A stretch of 64,000 nucleotides of DNA from Patescibacteria group bacterium. Its GTDB lineage: Bacteria > Patescibacteriota > WWE3 > UBA101185 > 2-01-FULL-41-18. The notes beneath the pieces are model-generated. The model was not told the origin of the DNA, made no database searches, and saw only the letters and a program-made list of their open reading frames with translations. Below are positions 51,081 through 60,993 of this stretch, piece by piece; positions within the stretch are counted from its first letter, which is position 1; each line of letters begins with the position of its first letter. Location of the stretch: contig JBBTST010000008.1 in assembly GCA_038064575.1 (NCBI GenBank), positions 2,458 through 66,457 on the forward strand, read 5' to 3'. The translations under genes and the position numbers were made by a program.

Positions 51081-52601
51081 TTACCCTCCTAAACGGTCCT
51101 GAACCTCTCTCTCAAGCGCCTCCTGTTCACTTAGACGCTTGGCTTCCAGTTCAATACGCGCCTTGGGATCAAGAACACGCCCAAGAGTATTGAGCGCCCT
51201 AACCGCCAGGACATGCTGGTTGATACCAGGTTGAACCCATGTGTAGTACCTGGTAGGCGGATCTGGATCGAGCACAGGAAGGTGTTCTCCAGGTTCATAC
51301 AATCCTTCCGAGCCTAGAGCCCCAGCCGCGTAGGTACGCGCGAGAGTTATCCAGTTTTTCCGCCAATATTCCAAGGCCTTTTGAGCGGTGGAGTTCATAG
51401 CCGAAGCAATGATCCAAAGCTCATATCGAGCGAGCCCGACAAAGTCGCTGAGTCTCAGCTCCTCAACCGTTCGGACCCCAGCCTTCTTAAGAAGTTTACC
51501 CACAAAGGGCGAGCCCTTGAGGGTCAGGGTAAACTGTTCTGGCTTCCTGAATCTCCGCGGCCGCCCCCCTGTTATCACAACCTCGTTGTGAGTAACAAAG
51601 AGCAAACTGGGAAGCAATGCCTGAATGTGCTTGAGAGTAAGCAGGTGATGGTTGTGAACCTCCACCGGACAAAAGTTATCCGTATCAGGATTCCCAAACT
51701 TAAGCCAGCCGGCCTCAAAATACTTCAGGATTATATTCCTCGCCGACTCCGCAGTGACCTCTCCAACCTGGGCAAGAATGCTGGCCATCCACCTATCCAA
51801 CAAATCACTCCGGAAATTCACCCCAAGCATCCACATGTTGGGTGCAGTGTTGTGGATCTGGGCAAGGCGTTCTACATTGCTAAACAGCTCAGCAAGCCTG
51901 ACCGCCATGTCCGCAAGATCCGACCATGCGTTCCCCATCTTAGGGTGCCAATCGGTTTGCATGCCAGTGAACACGATCATCCGAGGAACGAGTTTTAACA
52001 TGCGTTCCACCCGTGTTACCACATGCTCTGCTACGACACCCCGAACCTGAATTGAGGGCACGTGAGTCAAGAGCCCGACCGGAACTACGGTGTAACCCGC
52101 CTCCGTAAGCACCGGACCAACCAATGGCAATGCCGCACCACCAGTCCCGCCCGTCAAACCACAGGCGAGGACCACCAGATCTGCACCTTCTTTGTGAAGC
52201 TCTCGCACCAGTTCTTCCCTACCTCCAAGAGCCAGGAAAGCCCCGATTTTGAGCACTCCGTGATGCAGATGTTGCCCGGCCCCAGTATTTTCAACAGGGG
52301 AAGTCAAATCCACACCCCATTCGTCAGGTGCAATTTGTTGAACGAGTTTCTCCACACGCCTGTAGTGAACAGTAACCCTTTGATTTCCCAGAATTGCTTC
52401 TTCAAGCTTGCGGAAAGTCAACCCTCCTTTTCCAAGCCTTGCTCGGAGGTAGGCATCAAGGTCCCAAACATGTTCGGGATATACGCCATCTCCATTGCGC
52501 TTTAGAAGAGGGATTGTACTGTCAATTTGCCACACACGCCCATCAGGCGGTGTGCCATTCATGGCCTCGCCAAACCTGATAAGCACAGTCTTCATTGGCA
52601 T
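51081..52601 (-). CDS. Divergent FtsZ/tubulin-superfamily GTPase
   Basis: KTVLIRFGEA, WQIDS, NTGAGQ and DLVVLACGLTGGTGGAALP (tubulin signature-like); SD AGGAGG. Confidence 0.75.
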   Translation of the reverse strand: MPMKTVLIRFGEAMNGTPPDGRVWQIDSTIPLLKRNGDGVYPEHVWDLDAYLRARLGKGGLTFRKLEEAILGNQRVTVHYRRVEKLVQQIAPDEWGVDLTSPVENTGAGQHLHHGVLKIGAFLALGGREELVRELHKEGADLVVLACGLTGGTGGAALPLVGPVLTEAGYTVVPVGLLTHVPSIQVRGVVAEHVVTRVERMLKLVPRMIVFTGMQTDWHPKMGNAWSDLADMAVRLAELFSNVERLAQIHNTAPNMWMLGVNFRSDLLDRWMASILAQVGEVTAESARNIILKYFEAGWLKFGNPDTDNFCPVEVHNHHLLTLKHIQALLPSLLFVTHNEVVITGGRPRRFRKPEQFTLTLKGSPFVGKLLKKAGVRTVEELRLSDFVGLARYELWIIASAMNSTAQKALEYWRKNWITLARTYAAGALGSEGLYEPGEHLPVLDPDPPTRYYTWVQPGINQHVLAVRALNTLGRVLDPKARIELEAKRLSEQEALEREVQDRLGG

Positions 52602-53610
52602 TTCAGCCTCCTAATAGTAAGCATCAATGATTTTCAATCAACATACCTTGATTGCCTAGTCTTGTAGCCATTCACCTTCAGCAACAAGCCGAAAGTTACT
52701 TCCCTACAAGTAGTCGACCCGAGGTTTGTCACTCGAGGCAATAATGATAAGCATTTTTGCTTAACATTCGTGGAAACCCCACTTAGTCGTTTAATTCGCG
52801 ACAACTACGTCTGATTTCGGACTCAACAAAATCGAGGCCAACCTACGTCAGAACACATTGTCGTTTAAAAGGGTCAGTGGTCTGATAGAGTCTTTATCAG
52901 AATATCTACCAGACCAGTTACCAGACTCCCGGCATACTCGAGGCCCCTAAATTTTCAAGAACGCCTTGGCAAGCGCCTTATTAACTCAGGACGAGATAGC
53001 TTGAGGAAATCCGGTTTTAAGAAGGTTTCTTACCAGACACAAAGTGGCAGGAAACCCACATCAAGCACAAATTAATAGACTTTATGCTCAAAGTGGGTTC
53101 CCCGCCAGTGACTATATGTTTTTTTACAGTTTTAAGTGTGTTCATACATACACAAAGGCCTACAAAGGACTCCACTCCACTCGAAAGCTTCATAGAGATA
53201 TATACCCTTATAAGCACCTTGTTCTCTGTATTTATTCAATTTTCAAAGTGCCCTATCTCAAACAAACCCACATCAACCCCAAACTCTCCGTTTAGGATTT
53301 TGGGTTATTTAAAACAGGCTGGAAAAAGCAAGAACCTTCCACATGCCTTATATCAACTAAGGCTGAATCACCCATCAACCATCGCTTAATTTACGGCGAG
53401 AGGCAACAATTTGGCTTTTTCAAGTCAATCTTAAATAGCTGCAGGTCTAACAAACCTCAAAGTCCTGTTCCCTTTCTTATTAACTTTCACCGGCAAAAAA
53501 TCAAATACAAACCGGTACAAAAAAAGAGTTCCTGATCCTTTTTACGGGGAGAACCCTTTAAAACTTCTTGAATATTAAATTTAGATCACCTCCCCTCAAT
53601 CTCAAGGCGG

Positions 53611-53639
53611 AGTGTAGCAAAATAAAATGAATTTGTCAA
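53611..53639 (-). promoter_or_regulatory. Sigma70 promoter ~1 kb upstream of the tubulin-like gene
   Basis: TTGACA-N17-TACACT. Confidence 0.7.
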
Positions 53640-54038
53640 CCTATAGTTAGGCTTAATAAAGCCTAAAAGTGGTAACTTATACACTGACTATAATAAATTG
53701 AAAGAATAGAATCTTTTGAATTTACAGCCTTCTATGGAGTTGTTGGCCTGCCCTCCCAACAACTCCGTAGAAAGCCGCAAGGACTTTCCAGAGGCACTCA
53801 GACCTCAAAATTATTGACTTAAGAAGCGCAATGTAATACGCTGACTTCAGTCATTTAGCACATTGCCTGTCCTAATGTGCGGACTAATCTAACGCTCTGC
53901 TAAACGCGCGTAGTCGCCCCAAGCGGAGCGTTTTAAATTTAGCGAATCCTTATTATAGCACTCCGCAACCTTCAATCTCAAAACCAACCTAAAATAAAAA
54001 TTCCCAAATTTTACCACGCGGGATTAGAAAACAATGTG

Positions 54039-54067
54039 ATTGTATCAACAAAAACTTACACAGTCAA
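54039..54067 (-). promoter_or_regulatory. Second sigma70-type promoter
   Basis: TTGACT-N17-TACAAT. Confidence 0.6.
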
Positions 54068-54221
54068 CCCATAGTTACTAAAAGCATTGAATATTACTAG
54101 ACCTATAATCTCAGGGCTGCTTATTTTGTTTTAAGTACAGCAATAAATATAATTTAAACCGGTTGTGGATAACTAAAGAATAAGAGAGCCTAAGCTTTTT
54201 TCTATACTTAGACTCTCTGCA

Positions 54222-54440
54222 CTACTCTACCTCGATTGTAGTTGTGTGGGACTTAACTAAGGAAGGAGAAACAAACCTAATTCTACAAAGTTTGTATCTT
54301 TCTCTTATGCTTTTACTAGGCCATAACTTGCAGGCTCGTGCCACAAGAAATTTTGCCACCATAGCAACTTTTGAAATCTTGGTAGCTCCACATTGGGGAC
54401 ATTTTGCACAAAAACTCACTCTGGGCTTCTTGTAGCTCAT
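54222..54440 (-). CDS. Small basic Cys-containing protein
   Basis: SD AAGGAG; CAKCPQCG. Confidence 0.55.
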   Translation of the reverse strand: MSYKKPRVSFCAKCPQCGATKISKVAMVAKFLVARACKLWPSKSIRERYKLCRIRFVSPSLVKSHTTTIEVE

Positions 54441-54533
54441 GCTCTACTCCTTCATATATATAGTTTTTGGGGAATGAGCAATTAATAACAACAAATTAAA
54501 CTTCAAGCAAGAAGTAAAACCTAAAGCAGCCCG

Positions 54534-55982
54534 TTATTCTGAAGTTTCTACACTGTAACCAAACTCTTTTAAAAGAGTCTTAAATTTTTCTGTATCTTTA
54601 ACGGCAGTTCCCAGCCGTACTTGCCTTGCCTGCTCATAAGCCTCTTCTGAACCTTCAAAACTGTCTTTACTCAACCCAAACACATCCTCTAAGGCAAGAT
54701 ACCTTTCTCTGGACAAAGTCTCGTTGGAGTCAAAATTTCCAAAAAGCCCTTTTATTTTTTCCTTTGCCCTTTTTGCCTGAGTAAGTTGAATGCTCTCTTC
54801 ATGAGAAATGAGTCCCAAAGCTTCTCTTTGCAAAAGATCCTTGGGATTAAGAAATTTATTTCCGTCCAACAACTCATCAAATTGCCTGTGCTGACTTCTT
54901 ACAAATAAATCGGCATTTTTTCTCCAATTTAAAAGAGTGGTTGCAATCTTTACTCTATCCTCAAGCACTTTGTCAGCTTCCTGCGTACTTTCCGGTAAGT
55001 CGTTCAAAATACTACCCTCTCCAAGTGTGTCAGACACACCTTTTAACCTTTCTCTTAACTCACTATTGCTTGAAGTGATATAAGTTTCATAACTTCCCCT
55101 ACCTGCCGCTCCTCTTAGATCATTTTGCGCAAGGAGCAAATCAAAAACAGACGAACCATCAGTAAGATACGGTTGGGAGACCTCAAAATGTTTACGCCCA
55201 TCCTCCTCTACCCTAAGCACCATTGAAGGGAGTGTTACTGCAACTGATTCAATAATTTCCTCAATAGAAACGTCATCAAAAAGCTTTTTTCCATCTTCAT
55301 CTATATATGTTTGAAGTTCATGCCAAGCAACAACGGCACTATACATCTCATTACCCATAATTTCCCCAAGCTCCTCATCCTCAAGTAGTGTGCGGGTTTT
55401 CACGTCTATGTCATTAAGCAGTACGGGCATATCATCTCCGGGATTCCCCACCGGTTTAAGACGACTCTGAGCCAACAAAGCCTGCAATCTGGCATTTCCG
55501 GTGATATCTTTCACCCACACACCTCTCAACTTCACACGCTCTGCATCTATACCCCTGTCAAAAACAACATCTTGCATCATCACATCGTGAGCTGCTGCAA
55601 CACATGAAGAAAGAGGCCCAAACTTTTCAAGTTTTGAGTCTTTGTCAAAAAGAGTTGGACAGTCCTTCTTAAGAACATCAAGACATTCCTCCATCCCACT
55701 CATAACATCAAAGGTGTGTATCAGACCGTGATATTCTTTGGGTTCTAAAGCCCTTTTGCCCTCAAAAGATTCACCATTTTTATAACCATAGCTCTCTGAA
55801 ATAAACCTGAGAAAACGCGTTTTAAAATCTTCCACGGCTTCCTCCCTGTTCTTAAATTTAGGAGTTTCCACTTTCATGCCTTCCGCTTTTGGAGGCGCTG
55901 CTTCTTTTTTCTCCGCCACAGTAGCCTCTACAGGAAGTCCTGCTATTTCCTCTGCGGGGGTTGAATCTAATGCCATCACCAT
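54534..55982 (-). CDS. Acidic protein with HD-superfamily-like motifs
   Basis: YHGLIHT...AAAHD...NE...ND(L). Confidence 0.65.
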   Translation of the reverse strand: MVMALDSTPAEEIAGLPVEATVAEKKEAAPPKAEGMKVETPKFKNREEAVEDFKTRFLRFISESYGYKNGESFEGKRALEPKEYHGLIHTFDVMSGMEECLDVLKKDCPTLFDKDSKLEKFGPLSSCVAAAHDVMMQDVVFDRGIDAERVKLRGVWVKDITGNARLQALLAQSRLKPVGNPGDDMPVLLNDIDVKTRTLLEDEELGEIMGNEMYSAVVAWHELQTYIDEDGKKLFDDVSIEEIIESVAVTLPSMVLRVEEDGRKHFEVSQPYLTDGSSVFDLLLAQNDLRGAAGRGSYETYITSSNSELRERLKGVSDTLGEGSILNDLPESTQEADKVLEDRVKIATTLLNWRKNADLFVRSQHRQFDELLDGNKFLNPKDLLQREALGLISHEESIQLTQAKRAKEKIKGLFGNFDSNETLSRERYLALEDVFGLSKDSFEGSEEAYEQARQVRLGTAVKDTEKFKTLLKEFGYSVETSE

Positions 55983-55985
55983 ACT

Positions 55986-56204
55986 TTAGTATGTATACTC
56001 GCTTGTTACATCCTTTCCATCAGACAAACTTACTATTTTAGTTATATTATGAACTCGAGACATAAACAACATCATAAAATGATCTTCGCACAAGAAAGCT
56101 TCATTTCCAAAAGAATCGGTGACCAAATACTTTGCGTTTTTTTCACAAAACTCATGATGACCAAAGATCCATTGACAGGTAGTTCCTATAGCACTCAGGG
56201 GCAT
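55986..56204 (-). CDS. Small Cys/His zinc-finger-like protein
   Basis: CQW..C...LCEDH; likely leaderless start. Confidence 0.55.
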   Translation of the reverse strand: MPLSAIGTTCQWIFGHHEFCEKNAKYLVTDSFGNEAFLCEDHFMMLFMSRVHNITKIVSLSDGKDVTSEYTY

Positions 56205-56284
56205 ACACTCATGATACAACAAAAATTGACTAATGCGACTAAAATTTTAGAAAGTTTTACACTACTGCACCGTTTGCACACCTT

Positions 56285-57256
56285 TTAGACGCCCGGTCTT
56301 CTGGTAAAGATCATTTTTCCGGCCTGAGTTTGAATGACCCTTGAAACAGAGACACTTACATCTGCCCCTACAAGCTCGGAACCCTTTTCTATAACTATCA
56401 TTGTCCCATCCGCAAGATAACCAACACCCTGAGTTGCATCTTTGCCCACATGAATAATTTTTATGTTCATTGTGTCTCCGGGAATCACCACGGTCTTAAC
56501 TGAGTTTGCAAGCTCATTCACATTTAAGACTTTGATTCCGGAAACTGATGCTACTTTATTTAAATTAAAATCCACTGTTGCAATAGAACAGTTGTAAGCT
56601 TTTGCAATTTTAATCAAAGCTCTATCCACGCCTTCATTTCCTTTATCTAAATTCTCCTCTTTCTCCTTTATCACTACGGTTGTAGCTTTTTTTAAGTCTT
56701 TAAGCATATCAAGCCCTCTTCTGCCTCTTTGTCTTTTTAGGTTGTCGTCAGAATCCGCTATTAGCTGAAGCTCTTCAATAACCACTCTTGGTACAACAAG
56801 TGTGTTATCCAAAAAACCCGTTTTAACAACGTCCAGTAATCTACCATCTATTATTGCAGATGTGTCCAAAACCACACTTTTAGCTGGTATCAAAGCCTTA
56901 TTTGACTCAAAAGATTCTTTTTGAGCTTCTTTGAGGCGCTCCTTCTCCAAAATTTCCTCCTCTTTCTTCTTTTTGGCTTCCAATGCCCTTTTTTCCTGTC
57001 TGTCCCAAAACTCAGACACAGCCTTTAAAGCAGTGTCTCTAATTATAAATTCAACCCAGGAAGCTGTTGTTGCAGCCAGTACTGGCAATACAATTACTCC
57101 AAAAGCTCCAAAAGCAAAAGCAAACAAAGTTTGACCAAAAAAAGGAATGTTAAACAAAGGATTGACTGAGAAATACAAATTGTGACTTAAGACAAAAGCT
57201 AAAATTGTGAGGAAGACGCCAATAACAAACTTGATGACATTTTTTGATAATTCCAT
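56285..57256 (-). CDS. PIN/TRAM membrane protein (YacL-like)
   Basis: LDTSAIIDGR, RGRRGLD, DFNLNKVA and GYLADGTMIV. Confidence 0.95.
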   Translation of the reverse strand: MELSKNVIKFVIGVFLTILAFVLSHNLYFSVNPLFNIPFFGQTLFAFAFGAFGVIVLPVLAATTASWVEFIIRDTALKAVSEFWDRQEKRALEAKKKKEEEILEKERLKEAQKESFESNKALIPAKSVVLDTSAIIDGRLLDVVKTGFLDNTLVVPRVVIEELQLIADSDDNLKRQRGRRGLDMLKDLKKATTVVIKEKEENLDKGNEGVDRALIKIAKAYNCSIATVDFNLNKVASVSGIKVLNVNELANSVKTVVIPGDTMNIKIIHVGKDATQGVGYLADGTMIVIEKGSELVGADVSVSVSRVIQTQAGKMIFTRRPGV

Positions 57257-57307
57257 AAAATAAATCCTCCAGTACGCATAAGTATTAATAAAACCAATGT
57301 ATACATA

Positions 57308-58639
57308 TTATTCTTTGGAGAAAGCCAGATCAAGTGCATTTTTTACAGATCTTACTTCAAGGGGAGAAATGATTTTGCTAAAGCCCAGTTTTTTTGCTTC
57401 TTTTACTCTGGCTTCCATGAAAGGCACTTTTCTTACTTCTCCGGAAAGACCTACCTCCCCAAACGCTGCTATTTTTGGGTTTATAACTTTCCCGGTGACA
57501 GATGAATAAATGGCAAGGCAAACTGCTAAATCACAAGAGTACTCATTTACTTTTATACCACCCGCTACGTTTACATATACATCCTGATCCGACAACTGCA
57601 GGTTGCACCTTTTTTCCAATACCGCAACAAGAACTGAAAGCCTGTTTGCATTAAATCCGCTTGAGGTTCTTTTAGGATAGCCAAAGTTTGAACGGGAAGT
57701 TAGAGCCTGAACCTCAAACAGAATTGGTCTGTAACCCTCCATAATTACCGTTACACAGGATCCGGGAGCAGACTTTAGTCTTTCTTCAAGAAAGATGTCC
57801 GACGGATTTAGAACCTCTTTTAGCCCCCCTTCAGCCATCTCAAAAATGCCAACTTCACTTACCGGACCGAATCTGTTTTTTGAAGTCCTTAAGAATCTAA
57901 AAAAATGATCGTTATCACCGTCAATATATAAAAGTGTATCAACCATGTGTTCCAGTACTTTTGGCCCCGCAATTGTGCCGTCTTTTGTTATATGTCCAAC
58001 CAGAACCAGCGGCACTCCCACAGCTTTTACATAACTGATCAATCTTTGTGCGCACTCTCTAACTTGCCCTACAGAACCACTCCCACCGGTAAGATCTAAG
58101 GTAGTTAGAGTTTGAATAGAATCTACAATAATTAAAGCTATAGTTTTTTTGGAAAGCGTGTTCAGCGTTAAAAGTATTTTATCTACATCTGTTTCATTAA
58201 CTAACTGTATATTTTGCCCGCTTATTCCAAGCCTCAATGCTCTTAGCCTCACCTGCTCAGGGCTCTCTTCCCCACAAACATAAATTACGCTGTTTTCAAA
58301 GAGAGATGCCACTTGGAGTAAAACTGTACTCTTACCAATTCCCGGCTCCCCTGAAAGTAAAACTACCTGACCTTGTACAAACCCCCCACCCAAAACCCTA
58401 TCAAACTCAGCCAGTTTGGTGGATGTTCTTGCTGTTTCCTTACTTTTAATGGCGTTTAAGGCAATCACTGAAGCGGGAGTATTAAAGTTTTTACCCAGTT
58501 TTGAATTATTAGAGGAAGTTACACGGGACAGCGTTTCAACAAAACTGTTCCATTTAAGGCATTCTGGACATTGACCAAGCCATTTTGGAGATTCAAACGA
58601 ACAATTCTCACAAATGTAGATTGCTTTTTCCTTTGACAT
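57308..58639 (-). CDS. radA: DNA repair protein RadA/Sms
   Basis: C4 zinc finger, GEPGIGKST, KNRFG and a Lon-like C-terminus. Confidence 0.97.
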   Translation of the reverse strand: MSKEKAIYICENCSFESPKWLGQCPECLKWNSFVETLSRVTSSNNSKLGKNFNTPASVIALNAIKSKETARTSTKLAEFDRVLGGGFVQGQVVLLSGEPGIGKSTVLLQVASLFENSVIYVCGEESPEQVRLRALRLGISGQNIQLVNETDVDKILLTLNTLSKKTIALIIVDSIQTLTTLDLTGGSGSVGQVRECAQRLISYVKAVGVPLVLVGHITKDGTIAGPKVLEHMVDTLLYIDGDNDHFFRFLRTSKNRFGPVSEVGIFEMAEGGLKEVLNPSDIFLEERLKSAPGSCVTVIMEGYRPILFEVQALTSRSNFGYPKRTSSGFNANRLSVLVAVLEKRCNLQLSDQDVYVNVAGGIKVNEYSCDLAVCLAIYSSVTGKVINPKIAAFGEVGLSGEVRKVPFMEARVKEAKKLGFSKIISPLEVRSVKNALDLAFSKE

Positions 58640-58651
58640 AAAGGGATAATT

Positions 58652-60988
58652 CTACAATAACACTGTTACATCAAGCGCTTTGGTTTTTTTCTTCAATGAC
58701 ACCTTCAGTTTGTAATTTGAGGACACACCTGACTCAACTAAAGCTTTGGCTATGGCATCAACCAAGAGTTTATTAAAGGTTCTTCTTAAGGACCTTGCTC
58801 CATATTCATCAGAAAAACCCTCTTTAATCAAAAGGTCCTTAACAGTTTTGTTAACTGATAGGTGCATGTTAGTTTCCTTCAAATGTTTTATAAATTCTTT
58901 AAGATATATATCCAGTATGCTTGCTACATGAACTTTATCAAGCTTATTGAACACAATTATTTCATCAAACCTGTTCAGAAGCTCAGGCTTTAAGATTTTT
59001 TTTAAATTATCAAGAAGTCTTTCTTTAATTGGATCTGAAATATCTTTTTTTTCAGGCTCATTTTTGAGTACAAAACCCATAGCATTCTTTTTTATAAGCT
59101 CTGAACCTAAGTTACTTGTAAGAATTACTACAGAGTTTGTAAAATCAAAGGCTTTTCCTCTAGCATCAACCAACGCCCCATCGTCAAGGATTTGAAGCAG
59201 AATATTTAAAACGTCACTATGCGCTTTTTCAATCTCATCAAAAAGCACAACAGAAAAGGGGCTTTTGGAAATCTTCTCAGTCAGTTCCCCTCCTTCAGCA
59301 AAACCTACATAACCGGGAGGTGCTCCTACAAGTCTTGATACCGTGTGCTTTTCTGAGAAATCGCTCATGTCAAGCTTTATTAGGCTGTCTGCACCAAAAA
59401 GTTCCTCACTTACAATCTTAGCTAGTTCTGTCTTACCAACTCCGGTTGGACCCAGAAATAAAAAGGAGCCAATTGGTCTTTTCTTGTTTGACAGACCAAG
59501 CCTACCCCTCAGAAGCGCAGAAGCCAAAGTATCAATTGCCTCTTCCTGCCCAATCAGCCTTTTTGCAAGCAAGCCCTTTATATTTGCATACACAAAAGCT
59601 TCTTTGTCAGAAAGTTTACCCAAAGGTATGCCTGTTTCTTTTGAAACTACTCTGTACAAGTATTCTTCAGTCAGGACAGGAATCCCCTTAGAGACTTTAT
59701 AATCTCCAAATTTTTGATCAATTTTTACCAGTCTTTTTTGAATTTTTGAAGCTGCCTCAAGGTTTCTCACTGATATAAATTTTGCCAAAGAGGCGTGTAG
59801 AGCCATTTTCTGCTTTTTAAGCTCAGATAGTTTGAGGGGGATTTTAGTTTTTTCTTTACTGAGTATGGAACATGCCTTATCCATAAGATCAATGCCTTTA
59901 AGCGGAAATTTTTTATCTCTTACGTATTTTTCACAGAGGTTATAGGCAGTAGCTGTTAACTCAGCAGGAATTTTAACAGCATGAAACTTCTCAAGCTCTT
60001 TTGCCTTTAAATCTAGAATTTCCTCAATGATAGTTTTGTCAGGTTCTTTTAGTTTAAGCGGCGTGAAATTAGACAACACATCTTCATCTTCACTTAAATA
60101 CTTCTGGAAGTGGGAGCTGGTTGTTGAAGCAACAATTTGTACACCGGAAAATAATAAAAGGTTTTTGAAAAGGTTAGAGATGAGGGTCGGCGCAAAAAGT
60201 GTGCCTTGAGGCGCAAATAACCCGTGAATTGAAGGTATATATAAAAGCGCATCAGGAACTGTCATCAACTCATCATGCAGAGCTGTAAAGCCTGCCTCAA
60301 CCCCCTCTCTTGAGATAACGGATGATAAAAAGGCGTCAAAGTCAAATTCAATTATTTGTATGTTAGAAATAAGAGCGCTTGTTTCAAAATTACATATCTT
60401 ATTAACAAGCAGTCTAACCAGAGAGGATTTACCAACGCCAGTCTCACCAACAATCAGCGCGTTAGCCTTGGCTTTTTGAAGAAGTATGGCTTCCAGATTT
60501 TCAACCTCCACTCTATCAATAAGCTTTTGGGAATTACCGCTTTCAAAGATTGCGCTCAAGTTTGTGCCAAAAGCGTCCAATAAAGGCGTCCTCTTGGGAG
60601 ACTTAACAGTTTTTTTAGAGATTTGGGGATAAGTTCCCGTAGTTAAAACTTTCTTTTGAACCTTTGAGTAATCCTTAGATCCAATGCTTTTAAGAAGGGC
60701 TAACAGAAGATGTTCTGTGCCAACGTACTGATGTTTCATCTCAAAAGCTTCCAGGGCCGACTGCTCAATCACCTCATAAAAATTTATTTTGGAAATGTTT
60801 ACTTTTAAAGCAGCGTAAACTCCAGGTTCCCAGTCTGAAGCAAGCAAGGAACCAAAACCGGACTCATCAACAATAGCTTGAAAAAGCGTGGTAGCAAAGA
60901 TTTTATCTTTGTTTTTGGTAAATTCAACCGTTTTACTTACTTTAGAAAGAATGTTTTTTGCTCTGTTAGTAAATTTATCAAGAACCAT
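58652..60988 (-). CDS. clpC: ClpC-like AAA+ chaperone
   Basis: Clp-N (GTEHLLL), two Walker A motifs, D2 LFDEIEKAH and MGF loop. Confidence 0.88.
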   Translation of the reverse strand: MVLDKFTNRAKNILSKVSKTVEFTKNKDKIFATTLFQAIVDESGFGSLLASDWEPGVYAALKVNISKINFYEVIEQSALEAFEMKHQYVGTEHLLLALLKSIGSKDYSKVQKKVLTTGTYPQISKKTVKSPKRTPLLDAFGTNLSAIFESGNSQKLIDRVEVENLEAILLQKAKANALIVGETGVGKSSLVRLLVNKICNFETSALISNIQIIEFDFDAFLSSVISREGVEAGFTALHDELMTVPDALLYIPSIHGLFAPQGTLFAPTLISNLFKNLLLFSGVQIVASTTSSHFQKYLSEDEDVLSNFTPLKLKEPDKTIIEEILDLKAKELEKFHAVKIPAELTATAYNLCEKYVRDKKFPLKGIDLMDKACSILSKEKTKIPLKLSELKKQKMALHASLAKFISVRNLEAASKIQKRLVKIDQKFGDYKVSKGIPVLTEEYLYRVVSKETGIPLGKLSDKEAFVYANIKGLLAKRLIGQEEAIDTLASALLRGRLGLSNKKRPIGSFLFLGPTGVGKTELAKIVSEELFGADSLIKLDMSDFSEKHTVSRLVGAPPGYVGFAEGGELTEKISKSPFSVVLFDEIEKAHSDVLNILLQILDDGALVDARGKAFDFTNSVVILTSNLGSELIKKNAMGFVLKNEPEKKDISDPIKERLLDNLKKILKPELLNRFDEIIVFNKLDKVHVASILDIYLKEFIKHLKETNMHLSVNKTVKDLLIKEGFSDEYGARSLRRTFNKLLVDAIAKALVESGVSSNYKLKVSLKKKTKALDVTVLL

Positions 60989-60993
60989 CAGAT

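Noticed and set aside
53100-53210. Group I intron-like fragments (ACATATAGTC)
   Set aside because: No matching P7 partner or host exon was identified.
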